Source: Candidatus Nealsonbacteria bacterium
GTDB taxonomy: Bacteria; Patescibacteriota; Minisyncoccia; Minisyncoccales; PWPS01
Assembly (NCBI GenBank): GCA_003554445.1
Contig: PWGJ01000086.1
Span: forward strand, 1 to 46,017
Length of the DNA: 46,017 nt
Direction of reading: 5' to 3'
Part shown: in pieces, positions 26,302-35,884 of the stretch
Position numbering within the stretch: position 1 is the first letter of the stretch
Layout: each line of letters starts with the position of its first letter
Position numbers and translations under genes: made by a program
Notes under the pieces: model-generated
The model's database searches: none
The model's input: the letters and a program-made list of their open reading frames with translations, nothing else
What the model was told of the DNA's origin: nothing

Positions 26302-28091
26302 TCTGTCGCTTTATTATGGGCTTTGATGTAATTTTCTACAAAATCATTCCAGTCCGCTTTTGAGGCGATCTTTCTGGATTCTATCTTATTATCAACTCTT
26401 CCCTGTCTATCATATTGAGAAAATTTATGCATGAATTCCGCTAAATCTTTTACCGCCTCCCGATCATCTCTTCCATGTCTTTTTAAAATATAAACACCTT
26501 CTTTATCTTCTTTCGTTTCAAGAGTTTGTCGATATCTTCCGAAACCGGCTAAATCCGTAGTTACCGAAGCTACGCCCAAAGCAGCCGCTTCAAGCGGAGT
26601 ATACCCCCAAGGCTCATAAAAGCTCGGAAATACACCAAGATGACAAGCTTCCAGTGCTTCTTGATAACTGAGATTGGAAAGGCCGTCATGACCGGTAAGA
26701 TAAATTGGATAATAAACCACCTTTACCGGATCATCTTTGTCATTGGTTAAGCCGTGCTCTCTAAGAGAATTTAAAATTCTGTCACTGCCTCCGGCAAGTT
26801 CATGAGTCGATAAGGGCGGATTCTCATGCGATCTATCGAGTCGTAATAACTTCTTCTCAATTTCAAAGAGATAATTTTCACTTATAGTGTTTTTTGTCTT
26901 AATTTCATCCTCATACAGAAGGTTGTAGAGTATTTTTTCTTCTATTTCCGGCATCGCACCATCCAAAGAATCCTTAACGTCTTGAAAGAATTCTTTATTT
27001 TCAACCAACTCTCTTTTAACCGACAACGCATCGGACGGAATCCAGAAATAAGCCACTATCGTTTTATCGTTATCATTACTTTCTTTTAGTTTTTGATTTA
27101 AATCCGCTAATGATTTTATAAAATAATCGACTCCTTTTGCTTTGTATTCATTTCTTCCGATAATGAAGTAAAAAAGTGTGTTTTCAATATCGAATTTATA
27201 ATAAGGGAAAAAGTAAGAAATCGTAAATTCTCGAAGCTTTTTTCGCTGATGTCTATGTTTTATGACAATCTCTTCAAAGGTCAGAAACTTATCCAAGTTA
27301 AGTCCGTTCGGTAATATGACGTCCGGTCTGCGCCCCAAAAAGTTTTCCGTTTCCAGGCCGGTAATTTCACTTACCGTCGTAAAAACATCCGCTCTTTCAG
27401 CCGTTTTCTTTTCCATTTGATGCTTGGAGTGAACATTATTCTCATAAGAAGCATCGGAGGGGTTTATTTCATCCAATTTCGTATAAAAATCTACATTATT
27501 ATATGCCAGTGCTCTTCCCAGACTGGTAGCATGAGTTGTAAAAACGGTTGATACTTCGGAATTACTCCTATCCAAATAAAGCAAACCTCCGCCCGAAAGC
27601 CACTCATGAAAGTGAGCAACCGCTTTTTCTTCTTTTTTCACTAAATGTTCGTTCAATTTTTCAATCAATTTACCTGTTGCCCAAGACCAAATCATCGGAG
27701 TCTCAAAGGTATCACCGGCATCCAAAGAATCAATTCCGTAATCTTCCCACAAAAATTTCTTAATTCTATTTTTTTCAGAATAAAAGCCATTAAAATCAAC
27801 AAGTATCGTCTTGGGTCTTCCTTTAACCATCCATCTCCCGTAATAACATTGAATTCCTTCTTTTTCCAGCTCATCAAATATCTTCTTTAAATCGTCACTT
27901 GGTGCCTCTTGCTTGAACTCTCCTTTTGATTTGTCCAGATAATAGGGTCCTATAAGGTAATAGTTATCACCGTATTTCTCCAGCATATTGGATGCTTTCG
28001 ATTCTAAAACTCTGTATATTCCTCCCACCTTATTACATATTTCGAAAGAAACCTCAAAAAGATAATCAGATTTTGGCTTTTGTTTTTTCAT
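26298..28091 (-). CDS. Glycogen synthase, eukaryote-type (GT3 family)
   Basis: The N-terminus FEVSFEICNKVGGIYRVLESKA closely parallels the animal/fungal glycogen synthase N-terminus. The later HEWLSGGGLL and EPWGYTPLEAAA motifs also fit. Confidence 0.75.
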   Translation of the reverse strand: MKKQKPKSDYLFEVSFEICNKVGGIYRVLESKASNMLEKYGDNYYLIGPYYLDKSKGEFKQEAPSDDLKKIFDELEKEGIQCYYGRWMVKGRPKTILVDFNGFYSEKNRIKKFLWEDYGIDSLDAGDTFETPMIWSWATGKLIEKLNEHLVKKEEKAVAHFHEWLSGGGLLYLDRSNSEVSTVFTTHATSLGRALAYNNVDFYTKLDEINPSDASYENNVHSKHQMEKKTAERADVFTTVSEITGLETENFLGRRPDVILPNGLNLDKFLTFEEIVIKHRHQRKKLREFTISYFFPYYKFDIENTLFYFIIGRNEYKAKGVDYFIKSLADLNQKLKESNDNDKTIVAYFWIPSDALSVKRELVENKEFFQDVKDSLDGAMPEIEEKILYNLLYEDEIKTKNTISENYLFEIEKKLLRLDRSHENPPLSTHELAGGSDRILNSLREHGLTNDKDDPVKVVYYPIYLTGHDGLSNLSYQEALEACHLGVFPSFYEPWGYTPLEAAALGVASVTTDLAGFGRYRQTLETKEDKEGVYILKRHGRDDREAVKDLAEFMHKFSQYDRQGRVDNKIESRKIASKADWNDFVENYIKAHNKATE

Positions 28092-28094
28092 TTT

Positions 28095-29297
28095 CTATTT
28101 TTTAGTTATCTTTTTTACTTCCAATTGGAAATCATTTAAAGCATTGGCATAAGATATGAATGCTTCATACGGAGATTCATAAGGACTAAAATAGTTATGC
28201 ACGGTTCCGTCCTCAAGACCTTTGGTCGAGATATAATAAAAATGATCCGAAGTTTGAAGTCTGCGCCATTTTTCTATGAGCTCTTCATCATCGGTCTTTA
28301 AAACGTCTTCTTCCAAATCATATACCTTGCTCAACAAATCTCTTTGCATAGGGTTTCCCATCCAAGCTGATAGATCTCTTTCCTTGTCCGCCCAGGAGGT
28401 AAAATAAGGAACATCAAGCTCCGCAACCGACGAATATCTATCCGACGCTTCGGATAAAGTTAAAAAGTCATTATCGGGATGTTTTAATATCTCAGCCGGT
28501 AATGCTTCCAAAAAATCAAATATTCCCGTTGATTTCCACTGATGCTCCCCAAAAGTTTCATAATCCATAAAGAGGTTTATAACCTCCCCTGCCCCGTTTA
28601 TCGCAGAAACCCACTGTGCAAACTTGGGTGCCGTTAGCGGATGTTCTTTCCAATGCTTGGCAGAAAAACGAAATGCAATGTCATCGGATAATTTATAATT
28701 TTTAAGAAATAAATCTATATCCGATCCCAGGGGTCTATATAAAAAATTGGGGCTTCTCCATCCTAAAACCTTATCGGCTCCTTCAGCCAAAATTCCATCA
28801 TATCCCATCTGGTCAACTTTTTGAGCTAATTCATTACTGTAGAAAAGTTCCGTGCATCTGAATATCTTCGGCTCGTAATCAAAAAGTTCTTTAATCTTTT
28901 CCTCGTGCAATTTAACTTGTTTTTCAAACTCTTCTTTTGAGTAAAGAAAAGCAAGTGAGTGATAATAAGTTTCTGCCAATACTTCAACTTTTCCCGTATC
29001 AACCAGTTTTTGAAAAGATTTTAGCGTTTCCGGAGAGTAAAGCTCCATCTGCTCCAAAGCCACACCGGAAAAAGAAAAAGTTATTTTGAATTCAGGATAT
29101 TTCTTTAAGAGCTTTAGAAGTAATTTATTGGTCGGAAGGTATGACTTACGAGCCACCTTCTTCATTATCCTTTCATTATTCAGGTTATTTTCTCCTTTTT
29201 CATTAAAATAATTATGATCTTCACCTATATCAAAATATTGATACTTTTTTACTCTGAAAGGTTGATGTACCTGAAAATAAAAGCATGTTGAAGGCAT
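28095..29297 (-). CDS. Glycoside hydrolase family 57 (alpha-amylase / branching-enzyme type)
   Basis: CFYFQVHQPFR N-terminus and the later MDYETFGEHQW are typical of GH57. Confidence 0.75.
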   Translation of the reverse strand: MPSTCFYFQVHQPFRVKKYQYFDIGEDHNYFNEKGENNLNNERIMKKVARKSYLPTNKLLLKLLKKYPEFKITFSFSGVALEQMELYSPETLKSFQKLVDTGKVEVLAETYYHSLAFLYSKEEFEKQVKLHEEKIKELFDYEPKIFRCTELFYSNELAQKVDQMGYDGILAEGADKVLGWRSPNFLYRPLGSDIDLFLKNYKLSDDIAFRFSAKHWKEHPLTAPKFAQWVSAINGAGEVINLFMDYETFGEHQWKSTGIFDFLEALPAEILKHPDNDFLTLSEASDRYSSVAELDVPYFTSWADKERDLSAWMGNPMQRDLLSKVYDLEEDVLKTDDEELIEKWRRLQTSDHFYYISTKGLEDGTVHNYFSPYESPYEAFISYANALNDFQLEVKKITKK

Positions 29298-29301
29298 TTT
29301 T

Positions 29302-30516
29302 CTAGTTTGTCAATGATTTATAAATTTCTAAACACTTATTCGCGGCCGGGTCCCATGTTATCTGATCCACTTCCTGTCTTCCTTTTTCAGTTAAACAATC
29401 AACTAACGGTCTATGATTTAAAAAGGTTAAAATTTTATTGGCCATGTCCCGAGTATCCCAAAAATCAACTTTTAAGGCGTGAGTTAAAACTTCGGAAACT
29501 CCCGATTGTTTTGAAACCAAAACGGGAGTGCCGTTAACCAGAGATTCAAGTGGTGTTAACCCAAAAGGTTCGGAGACCGAAGGCATAACAAAGAGATCAG
29601 CTGCTTTATATAAACCGTGTAATTCATCTCCGCGAATAAAGCCGGGAAATAAAACTCTATCCGTAATTCCAAGTTCCGCAGCTTGCCGCATAATTTGTCT
29701 GTCCATATCTCCGGATCCGGCAACTACAAAAATAATATCGTCACTACAATTGATTACCTCTCTTGCAGCTTCCAAAAAGTAATCGGGGCCTTTTTGTAAG
29801 GTTATCCTACCTACAAACAAGACTATCTTTTTTCCGGCCTTCTTTAACGACTCCAAAAGCTCCTTGCCTACCGGCTTTTCACTTAAGTCAACACCATTGT
29901 GAGCCACCTCAACTTTATCTTCCGGAATTCCGTACTTTTCAACAACGATACCTTTGGTGTAATGGCTAACCGCTATAACTTTGTCCGCCGCTTCCATTCC
30001 CTCTCTTTCCCTTTTATAAACTCTTTCATCTATATTCACTCCCCCTCCCCTGTCAAATTCCGTAGCGTGAACATGAGCAACAAGAGGTTTTTCGGTTATC
30101 TTCTTTGCTTCTACTCCGGCACCAAAAGAAAGCCAGTCGTGAGCATGAATCACGTCAAATTTTTCATATTTAGCCAATTTTTTAGCACATTCTCTGTATC
30201 TGGCGACTTCTTCGAAGAGATTTTCTCCGTATATGTCACTTTCTTCTCGCTTCAATACACTTTCATACTTTTCAGCCGTTATATACGGAGTCATCGGAGA
30301 CTCAAATTCAATTTCTTCAAAATTATAATTTACACTTGCCGAAAGCAATTTAAAACAGCTTCTACGCATCGATTCCTTTTTCCTGGGAACTACGAATTTT
30401 ATATCAACACCGTTTTCATTTAATTTTCTGGAAAGACCAAGGCAAGCAACACCTAAACCTCCACTGTTTTCAGGCGGAAGCTCCCACCCGAACATTAATA
30501 CTCGGATATTATTCAT
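29302..30516 (-). CDS. GT-B glycosyltransferase (GT4/GT5-like, archaeal-type glycogen synthase-like)
   Basis: ELPPENSGGLGVA N-terminus and the C-terminal PSVSEPFGLTPLESL E-x7-E type motif. Confidence 0.65.
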   Translation of the reverse strand: MNNIRVLMFGWELPPENSGGLGVACLGLSRKLNENGVDIKFVVPRKKESMRRSCFKLLSASVNYNFEEIEFESPMTPYITAEKYESVLKREESDIYGENLFEEVARYRECAKKLAKYEKFDVIHAHDWLSFGAGVEAKKITEKPLVAHVHATEFDRGGGVNIDERVYKREREGMEAADKVIAVSHYTKGIVVEKYGIPEDKVEVAHNGVDLSEKPVGKELLESLKKAGKKIVLFVGRITLQKGPDYFLEAAREVINCSDDIIFVVAGSGDMDRQIMRQAAELGITDRVLFPGFIRGDELHGLYKAADLFVMPSVSEPFGLTPLESLVNGTPVLVSKQSGVSEVLTHALKVDFWDTRDMANKILTFLNHRPLVDCLTEKGRQEVDQITWDPAANKCLEIYKSLTN

Positions 30517-30541
30517 TTTCCTCCTTATTTAATAATATTTG

Positions 30542-31477
30542 TTAATTTATTGGCATTTTGAACCAAAAGGTTGAACCCTCTCCCTCCTCACTATCGAATC
30601 CGATTTCACCACCCAGCTTTTCAACTATTTCTTTTGTCAAGAAAAGCCCCAAACCGGACCCGGTTTCTTCAACCTGATCAACATTACTGGCTCTTTCAAA
30701 TTTAGCAAATACCTTTTTTTGCTCTTTTTTCGGGATGCCGATCCCGTTATCCTCAACTTCAAAAATGATATTTTTGTCTTTTTTTATTAATCTTACTTCT
30801 ATATGCCCTCCTTCGGGAGTATATTTTATCGCATTGGAAACAAAGTTATCCATTACTATTTCAAGCTGCGACTCGTCACTTTTTATCTCGGGAACATCCT
30901 CAAGATCTTTCTTTACCTCCACTCGCCCATCTTCATCCACCATATAATCTTCCAAAACTTCCTGCGCAAGATCCTTTAACGAAAAGCTTTCCATTTCAAA
31001 CTCGTGCCCTTCTTGATCCATTCGCGATACCAGAAGTAAATTATTGACCATCTCGGACATCTTTTCCACATTTGATTCTAAGCTTTGAAATAATTTCTTT
31101 TGCTCTTCATCGGTTTCAATCTCCTCTTGAATGCTTTGAAATCCCCATTTCATCGTAGTTAACGGAGACCGCAGTTGATGAACTACCAAATCGATAAAAT
31201 CGGACTTCATCCGGTTCGCTTCGGCCATCTTCTCAAAACCGCTGACCAAGGCATAACCCATAATGAAAAGGATCAGCGCCTCGCCCAAAATTATGACAAG
31301 GACTACCAGCGGATCTCCAAAAATTTGATCACCCATCGTATAGGTGATTAAAATTACCGCTATAATAACAAGACCCATCAGTAAAAACAAAAACTGTGGG
31401 CATTTATATAGAGGAACCCCATAATCCTCACATTGCTTCTTAATATTTAATTCCTCCAATATCTTTTTATCTGCCAT
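30542..31477 (-). CDS. Sensor histidine kinase (2 TM, HisKA + HATPase_c)
   Basis: H-box FIDLVVHQLRSPLT, N-box NAIKYTP, G-boxes DNGIGIP and GSGLGL. No response regulator lies next to it. Confidence 0.85.
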   Translation of the reverse strand: MADKKILEELNIKKQCEDYGVPLYKCPQFLFLLMGLVIIAVILITYTMGDQIFGDPLVVLVIILGEALILFIMGYALVSGFEKMAEANRMKSDFIDLVVHQLRSPLTTMKWGFQSIQEEIETDEEQKKLFQSLESNVEKMSEMVNNLLLVSRMDQEGHEFEMESFSLKDLAQEVLEDYMVDEDGRVEVKKDLEDVPEIKSDESQLEIVMDNFVSNAIKYTPEGGHIEVRLIKKDKNIIFEVEDNGIGIPKKEQKKVFAKFERASNVDQVEETGSGLGLFLTKEIVEKLGGEIGFDSEEGEGSTFWFKMPIN

Positions 31478-31704
31478 CTTTCTTTAATTGTTCTAAATTG
31501 AAAAGGTAATTATAATTATTGATATTGAAAAGCAGCAACTTTTCAAAAAATTCTTTTTTAAATCCAAAATTTTACACTACGGGATAATTAGACTTCTGTT
31601 TTTATTTTATCCAATTTTTAACTTTGTTTGTCAACACTTCCACTCCGTTAAATATCCTTTTTACGCTCATTAATCAATTATAACAACATTTAAAAAGAAA
31701 ACAA

Positions 31705-32910
31705 CTACCCTATCAAAAGATATACTTTATCGTTCTTTCTCACTCTTTTATCCACCTTCAATCCGACTTGATCACTTTTTTCAGCTTTTTCAATCTTTTC
31801 ACCATCAATCTCCATCGATATAATCTCTTGCTCAAGATAGGTGGTTTCTCCTTCCACAATAATTTTATCTCCTTTTTTTAATCCTCTGTGAATTAATTCA
31901 ATTATTGCAACACCCGAATCGTTGTAAAAATGATTCACCTTTCCGACTTGTAATCTTTTTGTGGTTCCCGCATTTCCGGAGAAAAAACTTATTCCTTCAG
32001 CTCCGGGTTCTCCAAAATAAAACCCGGTTGAAAAATTTCGGTTATAAACCTTTCTCAGTTCTTCTTTATATTTTTTTGCTTTTATTTTTGAAAAGTCTCC
32101 GGAAAAATAATCGTCTACCGCCTTTTTGTAGTATTTTGCAGTTTCACGAATGTATTTATTGCTTCTTTGTCTGCCTTCTATTTTAAAAGAATCTATTCCT
32201 GCCTCTATTAGCTCCGGAATATATTCAATCATGCAAATATCTTTTGGGCTCATATATTGCTTTCCATCGGTTTCCAAAATATTCCCTTTGTCATCACATA
32301 ACTTTAATTCTCTTCTGCAAATCTGATTACAAGAACCTCTGTTAGCCGAGGCGTTTTCATAAAATCCGGAAAGGATGCATCTACCCGATATCGCAAGACA
32401 CATTGCACCATGAACAAAGGATTCTATCTCCATATCCACTTTTCTTTTTACTTCTTTTATTTGATCAAGCGTCATTTCACGAGCCAGAATAACTCTCTTT
32501 GCTCCCATCTTTTTATAAAATTGAGCTGATTTCCAATTGGATATATTGGCTTGTGTAGAAATAAAAAAATCGACTCCCGTATTTTTGGCAATCTCAATTG
32601 TAGCCGGATCCCAAACTATTATGGCGTCAACATCACTCTCTTTAGCTGTTTTTATTACTCTTTTCGCTTTTTCAATATCATTATTATAAAGAGTTGAATT
32701 TACAGTTAAATAACCTAAAATACTTTTTTCATGACAAGCTTCCATAAAATCACCTAAATTATCCAAAGTGATTCCTTTTGAATTTGATCTTAGATTTAAT
32801 TCCGATACTCCAAAATAAACAGCATCTGCATATGGAGAAGCGGCTTCCAGGCCGGATCTGTTTTTTACCGGGCTCATCAATTCCGGCCTCTTTTTGCTAT
32901 TGGTTGTCAT
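31705..32910 (-). CDS. Peptidase U32 family protein
   Basis: ELMSPV N-terminus, an HGAMCLAISGRCILSG..NRGSCNQICR Cys motif and a C-terminal beta-barrel region. Confidence 0.8.
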   Translation of the reverse strand: MTTNSKKRPELMSPVKNRSGLEAASPYADAVYFGVSELNLRSNSKGITLDNLGDFMEACHEKSILGYLTVNSTLYNNDIEKAKRVIKTAKESDVDAIIVWDPATIEIAKNTGVDFFISTQANISNWKSAQFYKKMGAKRVILAREMTLDQIKEVKRKVDMEIESFVHGAMCLAISGRCILSGFYENASANRGSCNQICRRELKLCDDKGNILETDGKQYMSPKDICMIEYIPELIEAGIDSFKIEGRQRSNKYIRETAKYYKKAVDDYFSGDFSKIKAKKYKEELRKVYNRNFSTGFYFGEPGAEGISFFSGNAGTTKRLQVGKVNHFYNDSGVAIIELIHRGLKKGDKIIVEGETTYLEQEIISMEIDGEKIEKAEKSDQVGLKVDKRVRKNDKVYLLIG

Positions 32911-32964
32911 AATACATTAATTTATTTATGTTTCCATTATAGCAAAAAAGATTCTTCTTGACAT

Positions 32965-32992
32965 TTGTTATCCGCTCAAAAAATGTCATAAT
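32965..32992 (+). promoter_or_regulatory. Candidate promoter, -35 TTGTTA / 16 nt / extended -10 TGTCATAAT
   Basis: It sits ~8 nt upstream of the AAGGAGG at 33001-33007, which precedes the ATG at 33015. Confidence 0.35.
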
Positions 32993-33014
32993 AATCATGA
33001 AAGGAGGAGTTAAA

Positions 33015-33458
33015 ATGAACATTAATAAAAAAAGGGAAGTTGCGATAGAAAAGCTCCTGGACTTTATGATATATATCAGTTGGGTTGAAAAATACGGCAG
33101 ATCATTAATAAAAGAAAACCAATTAAAGTTGAATATCGATATGATAGAAAAAGTAGCTCTTTTTTTGAATGAATTTATCTACACGATACATTTAAAAGGC
33201 AAGATATTGATGCCGATGGGGTATCTCTTTAAAAATGGAAGATGGTTGGAAGAGTCACGCTATTTTTATTTTACTTCAGTAGCAGAAGAAATAGGAGTAG
33301 TTGGATTAAAAATAAAAAATCCTCTCGACCTGAGTAAGTTACAGACTAAAAATAACTCAAAAAAGATATTGATCAAGTGGTTCAGCAAATTGCAAATTGA
33401 CCCATCATCAATTAAGAGTGATCTTCAGAATGCAAGAGATATTATTGGAAAAAAATAA
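33015..33458 (+). CDS. Hypothetical protein (147 aa), isolated plus-strand gene
   Basis: I start at the ATG at 33015, which has an AAGGAGG 8 nt upstream, rather than at the ORF-track TTG at 32958, which coincides with a TTGACA hexamer. No family recognised. Confidence 0.5.
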   Translation: MNINKKREVAIEKLLDFMIYISWVEKYGRSLIKENQLKLNIDMIEKVALFLNEFIYTIHLKGKILMPMGYLFKNGRWLEESRYFYFTSVAEEIGVVGLKIKNPLDLSKLQTKNNSKKILIKWFSKLQIDPSSIKSDLQNARDIIGKK

Positions 33459-33490
33459 GGAGAGAGTTAAAACTCTCTCCTTCTAGTTTA
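33451..33490. terminator. Bidirectional terminator between convergent genes
   Basis: GGAGAGAG-ttaaaa-CTCTCTCC. The minus strand has TTATTTTTTT after it, serving ychF. Confidence 0.55.
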
Positions 33491-33503
33491 TCTGTCGATA
33501 TCT

Positions 33504-34544
33504 TTAACTTTGCTCGGTTTTAAAAAATATTACATCACCGTCTTTAACTTGATAATCTCTTCCCTTGTCTCTTACTGCTCCCTCTTTTTTAGCTCCCACC
33601 CAGCCTCCGTATCGAACAAAATCCTCATAAGATACGACTTCCGCTCGAATAAAATTATCTTGAAAGTCAGAATGAATGCGCCCACCGGCAACGGGAGCTT
33701 TCGTCCCTCTTTTTACGGTCCAAGCTCTGCTTTCCTTTTCTTCCGAAGTAAAAAAGGAAACTAAATCCAGTGCTTGGTAGCTTTCCCTTATCAATTTTTC
33801 AAGTCCTCTTTCTTTAATATTGTAAGACCTCAAGTAGTCTCTGGCTTCTTCCGGAGAAAAGTCAGCCAATTCACTTTCAATTTTAGCATTTATCTCTAAA
33901 AAATCTGAGTTCTCGCTCGGCTTATCAACGTTTTTTAAATAGATAATCGGCTTGTCGGTTAGAAAGTCGAGCTCCTTTATTGCTTCTCTTTCTTTTTCAG
34001 TTAGCTCCAGCTGACTTATCAACTTCTCTCCTTCCAAAAATTTTTTTATCTTTTTTAAAGTTTTTAGTTTAAATTCATTTTCCTTTGTTTCTCTTTCATC
34101 TTGGATTCTTTTGAGTGCTTTTTCAGTCATCTGTAAGTCCGCCATTATTAATTCGATATCAATAATATCCTTGTCTCTTTCAAGATCAATCGATCCTTCA
34201 ACATGCGCTATGTCGGGATCTTCAAAGTCCCTGAGAACCTGAACTACGGCATCCACCTTTCTTATATTGGAGAGAAATTTATTACCCAGTCCCTTTCCTT
34301 CATGTGCTCCTTTAACCAATCCGGCGATATCGACAAACTCTACCGTAGTATTAACTGCTCGATCCGATCCGGTTATCTCGGCTAATTTTTGGACTCTGTC
34401 GTCGGGAACTTTAACAGTACCGATATTGGGGTCGATAGTGCAAAACGGATAATTTTCCGCTTCCACTTGATTTTTAGTTATTGCTTCAAAAAGTGTTGAT
34501 TTACCGACATTGGGTAAACCCACTATCCCTATTTTGAATGACAT
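33504..34544 (-). CDS. ychF: Redox-regulated ribosome-binding ATPase YchF
   Basis: GIVGLPNVGKSTLFEAIT, DIAGLVKGAHEG and a C-terminal TGS-like FIRAEV region. Confidence 0.9.
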   Translation of the reverse strand: MSFKIGIVGLPNVGKSTLFEAITKNQVEAENYPFCTIDPNIGTVKVPDDRVQKLAEITGSDRAVNTTVEFVDIAGLVKGAHEGKGLGNKFLSNIRKVDAVVQVLRDFEDPDIAHVEGSIDLERDKDIIDIELIMADLQMTEKALKRIQDERETKENEFKLKTLKKIKKFLEGEKLISQLELTEKEREAIKELDFLTDKPIIYLKNVDKPSENSDFLEINAKIESELADFSPEEARDYLRSYNIKERGLEKLIRESYQALDLVSFFTSEEKESRAWTVKRGTKAPVAGGRIHSDFQDNFIRAEVVSYEDFVRYGGWVGAKKEGAVRDKGRDYQVKDGDVIFFKTEQS

Positions 34545-34595
34545 GTTTTAGAAAATAAATGAAAAAATTACTGCTATACACAGTAAGGAAAAATG

Positions 34596-34666
34596 CTGCG
34601 GGACCAGGACTCGAACCTGGACTACTTGGACCAAAACCAAGCGTGCTACCATTACACCATCCCGCA
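34596..34666 (-). tRNA. tRNA-Gln (anticodon UUG)
   Basis: The reverse complement folds as a cloverleaf: acceptor TGCGGGA/TCCCGCA, D stem GTGT/GCAC, anticodon stem CTTGG/CCAAG with loop TTTTGGT, T arm CCAGG-TTCGAGT-CCTGG. 71 nt, and CCA is not encoded. Confidence 0.9.
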
Positions 34667-34774
34667 ATTTTTAAAACTTTCAATTGAACCGATTCGACTT
34701 CGTTCTTTACAATAGCAATATTTTGACTGAAATTCAAGGATGAGTCAAATTAAATCTTAAAAAGAACTAAACTG

Positions 34775-35884
34775 TTAAGCGGTAATATCAACTATCGCCA
34801 TCTCTATCGGAAGTTGTGGTATGGGGGAATAATCCATCCTCTTTCCCGCTTTCAAAAACGACTCCAGCATCTTGTTAATTTCGGTCAAATCAATTTTTTC
34901 AGATTGCTCTTTTAATTGTTTTATCTCTTTTTGAGTAAAACTAACCCGCAAACCGGCAATTACGGAGTTCTCATTATCGGTCAACTCGGCATCGATCAAA
35001 CTCATGGTCATCAATTGTCTTAAATATTCCAAAAGTGAGCCGTGAAACTCTTCCAAGTTAACCCCTTCTTTATACATCTTCTCAAGATATCTAATCGCTT
35101 TTAATCGCTTCTTTTCTATTAAAAGATCAACGAATTCAAACATGTATTGAGTTTCAACCAATCCCAGGAGGTCTCTTACATCTTCTTCATCCAGCTGGTC
35201 TTCAGTAAAAGTTAAAATTTGATCCAAAAGACTCTCGGCATCTCTGAAGGAACCACCTGAGGCAGTAGCTATTATTTCTAAAGATCGCTTGTCGGACTTT
35301 ACGCCTTCTTCTTTTAATATTTTTTCCAGCTTCCTTATTATCTCAGAAAGATTCAATTTTCTAAAATCAAATCGCTGACATCTGGAAATTATAGTCGATA
35401 TCATCTTTTGTGGTTCGGTGGTAGCCAAGATGAACATTGCATGATCCGGAGCCTCCTCCAAAGTTTTCAAAAGTGCATTAGCCGCTCCTTTTGTCAGTTG
35501 ATGACTTTCATCAATTATATATACCTTGTATTTCAATTTATTGGGAGAAAACTTAATACCTTCTCTTAACTGCCTTATTTCATCTATCCCTCTGTGAGAA
35601 GCGGCATCTATTTCAATTAAATCAACTGCGTTACCGGCAGTGATCGACTTGCATGATTCACACTTGTTGCACGGCTCCGCATCTTTTTTATCTTCACAAT
35701 TAACAGCCTTTGCTAAAATTCTGGCCATCGTCGTCTTTCCGGTTCCGCGTGGACCCGTAAAGAGATAAGCGTGAGAAATATTGTCGTTTTTAATCGCATT
35801 CCTTAGCGTCTTTACCACATGTGACTGCCCTATAATATCTGAAAAACTTTTCGGTCTATATTTTCTATATAAAACTTTAGACAT
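34775..35884 (-). CDS. dnaX: DNA polymerase III gamma/tau subunit (short, 369 aa)
   Basis: GPRGTGKTT Walker A, a CxxCxxC zinc module, IIDESHQL and SRCQRF. Confidence 0.85.
   Translation of the reverse strand: MSKVLYRKYRPKSFSDIIGQSHVVKTLRNAIKNDNISHAYLFTGPRGTGKTTMARILAKAVNCEDKKDAEPCNKCESCKSITAGNAVDLIEIDAASHRGIDEIRQLREGIKFSPNKLKYKVYIIDESHQLTKGAANALLKTLEEAPDHAMFILATTEPQKMISTIISRCQRFDFRKLNLSEIIRKLEKILKEEGVKSDKRSLEIIATASGGSFRDAESLLDQILTFTEDQLDEEDVRDLLGLVETQYMFEFVDLLIEKKRLKAIRYLEKMYKEGVNLEEFHGSLLEYLRQLMTMSLIDAELTDNENSVIAGLRVSFTQKEIKQLKEQSEKIDLTEINKMLESFLKAGKRMDYSPIPQLPIEMAIVDITA

Noticed and set aside
29899-30423. 174-aa plus-strand ORF, together with the other plus-strand ORFs at 29307-29969.
   Set aside because: They are antisense to the glycosyltransferase gene, which has clear family motifs. 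Their low-complexity composition is typical of shadow ORFs in AT-rich DNA.
32965-32978. 14-nt exact match (TTGTTATCCGCTCA) to one half of the E. coli lac operator.
   Set aside because: There is no second half-site with lacO symmetry, no LacI-family gene in the window and no vector-like flanking sequence. I treat it as coincidence. It lies in the spacer of a predicted promoter.
34501-34737. 78-aa minus-strand ORF.
   Set aside because: It reads straight through the tRNA-Gln gene (34596-34666) and overlaps the ychF start. Spurious.
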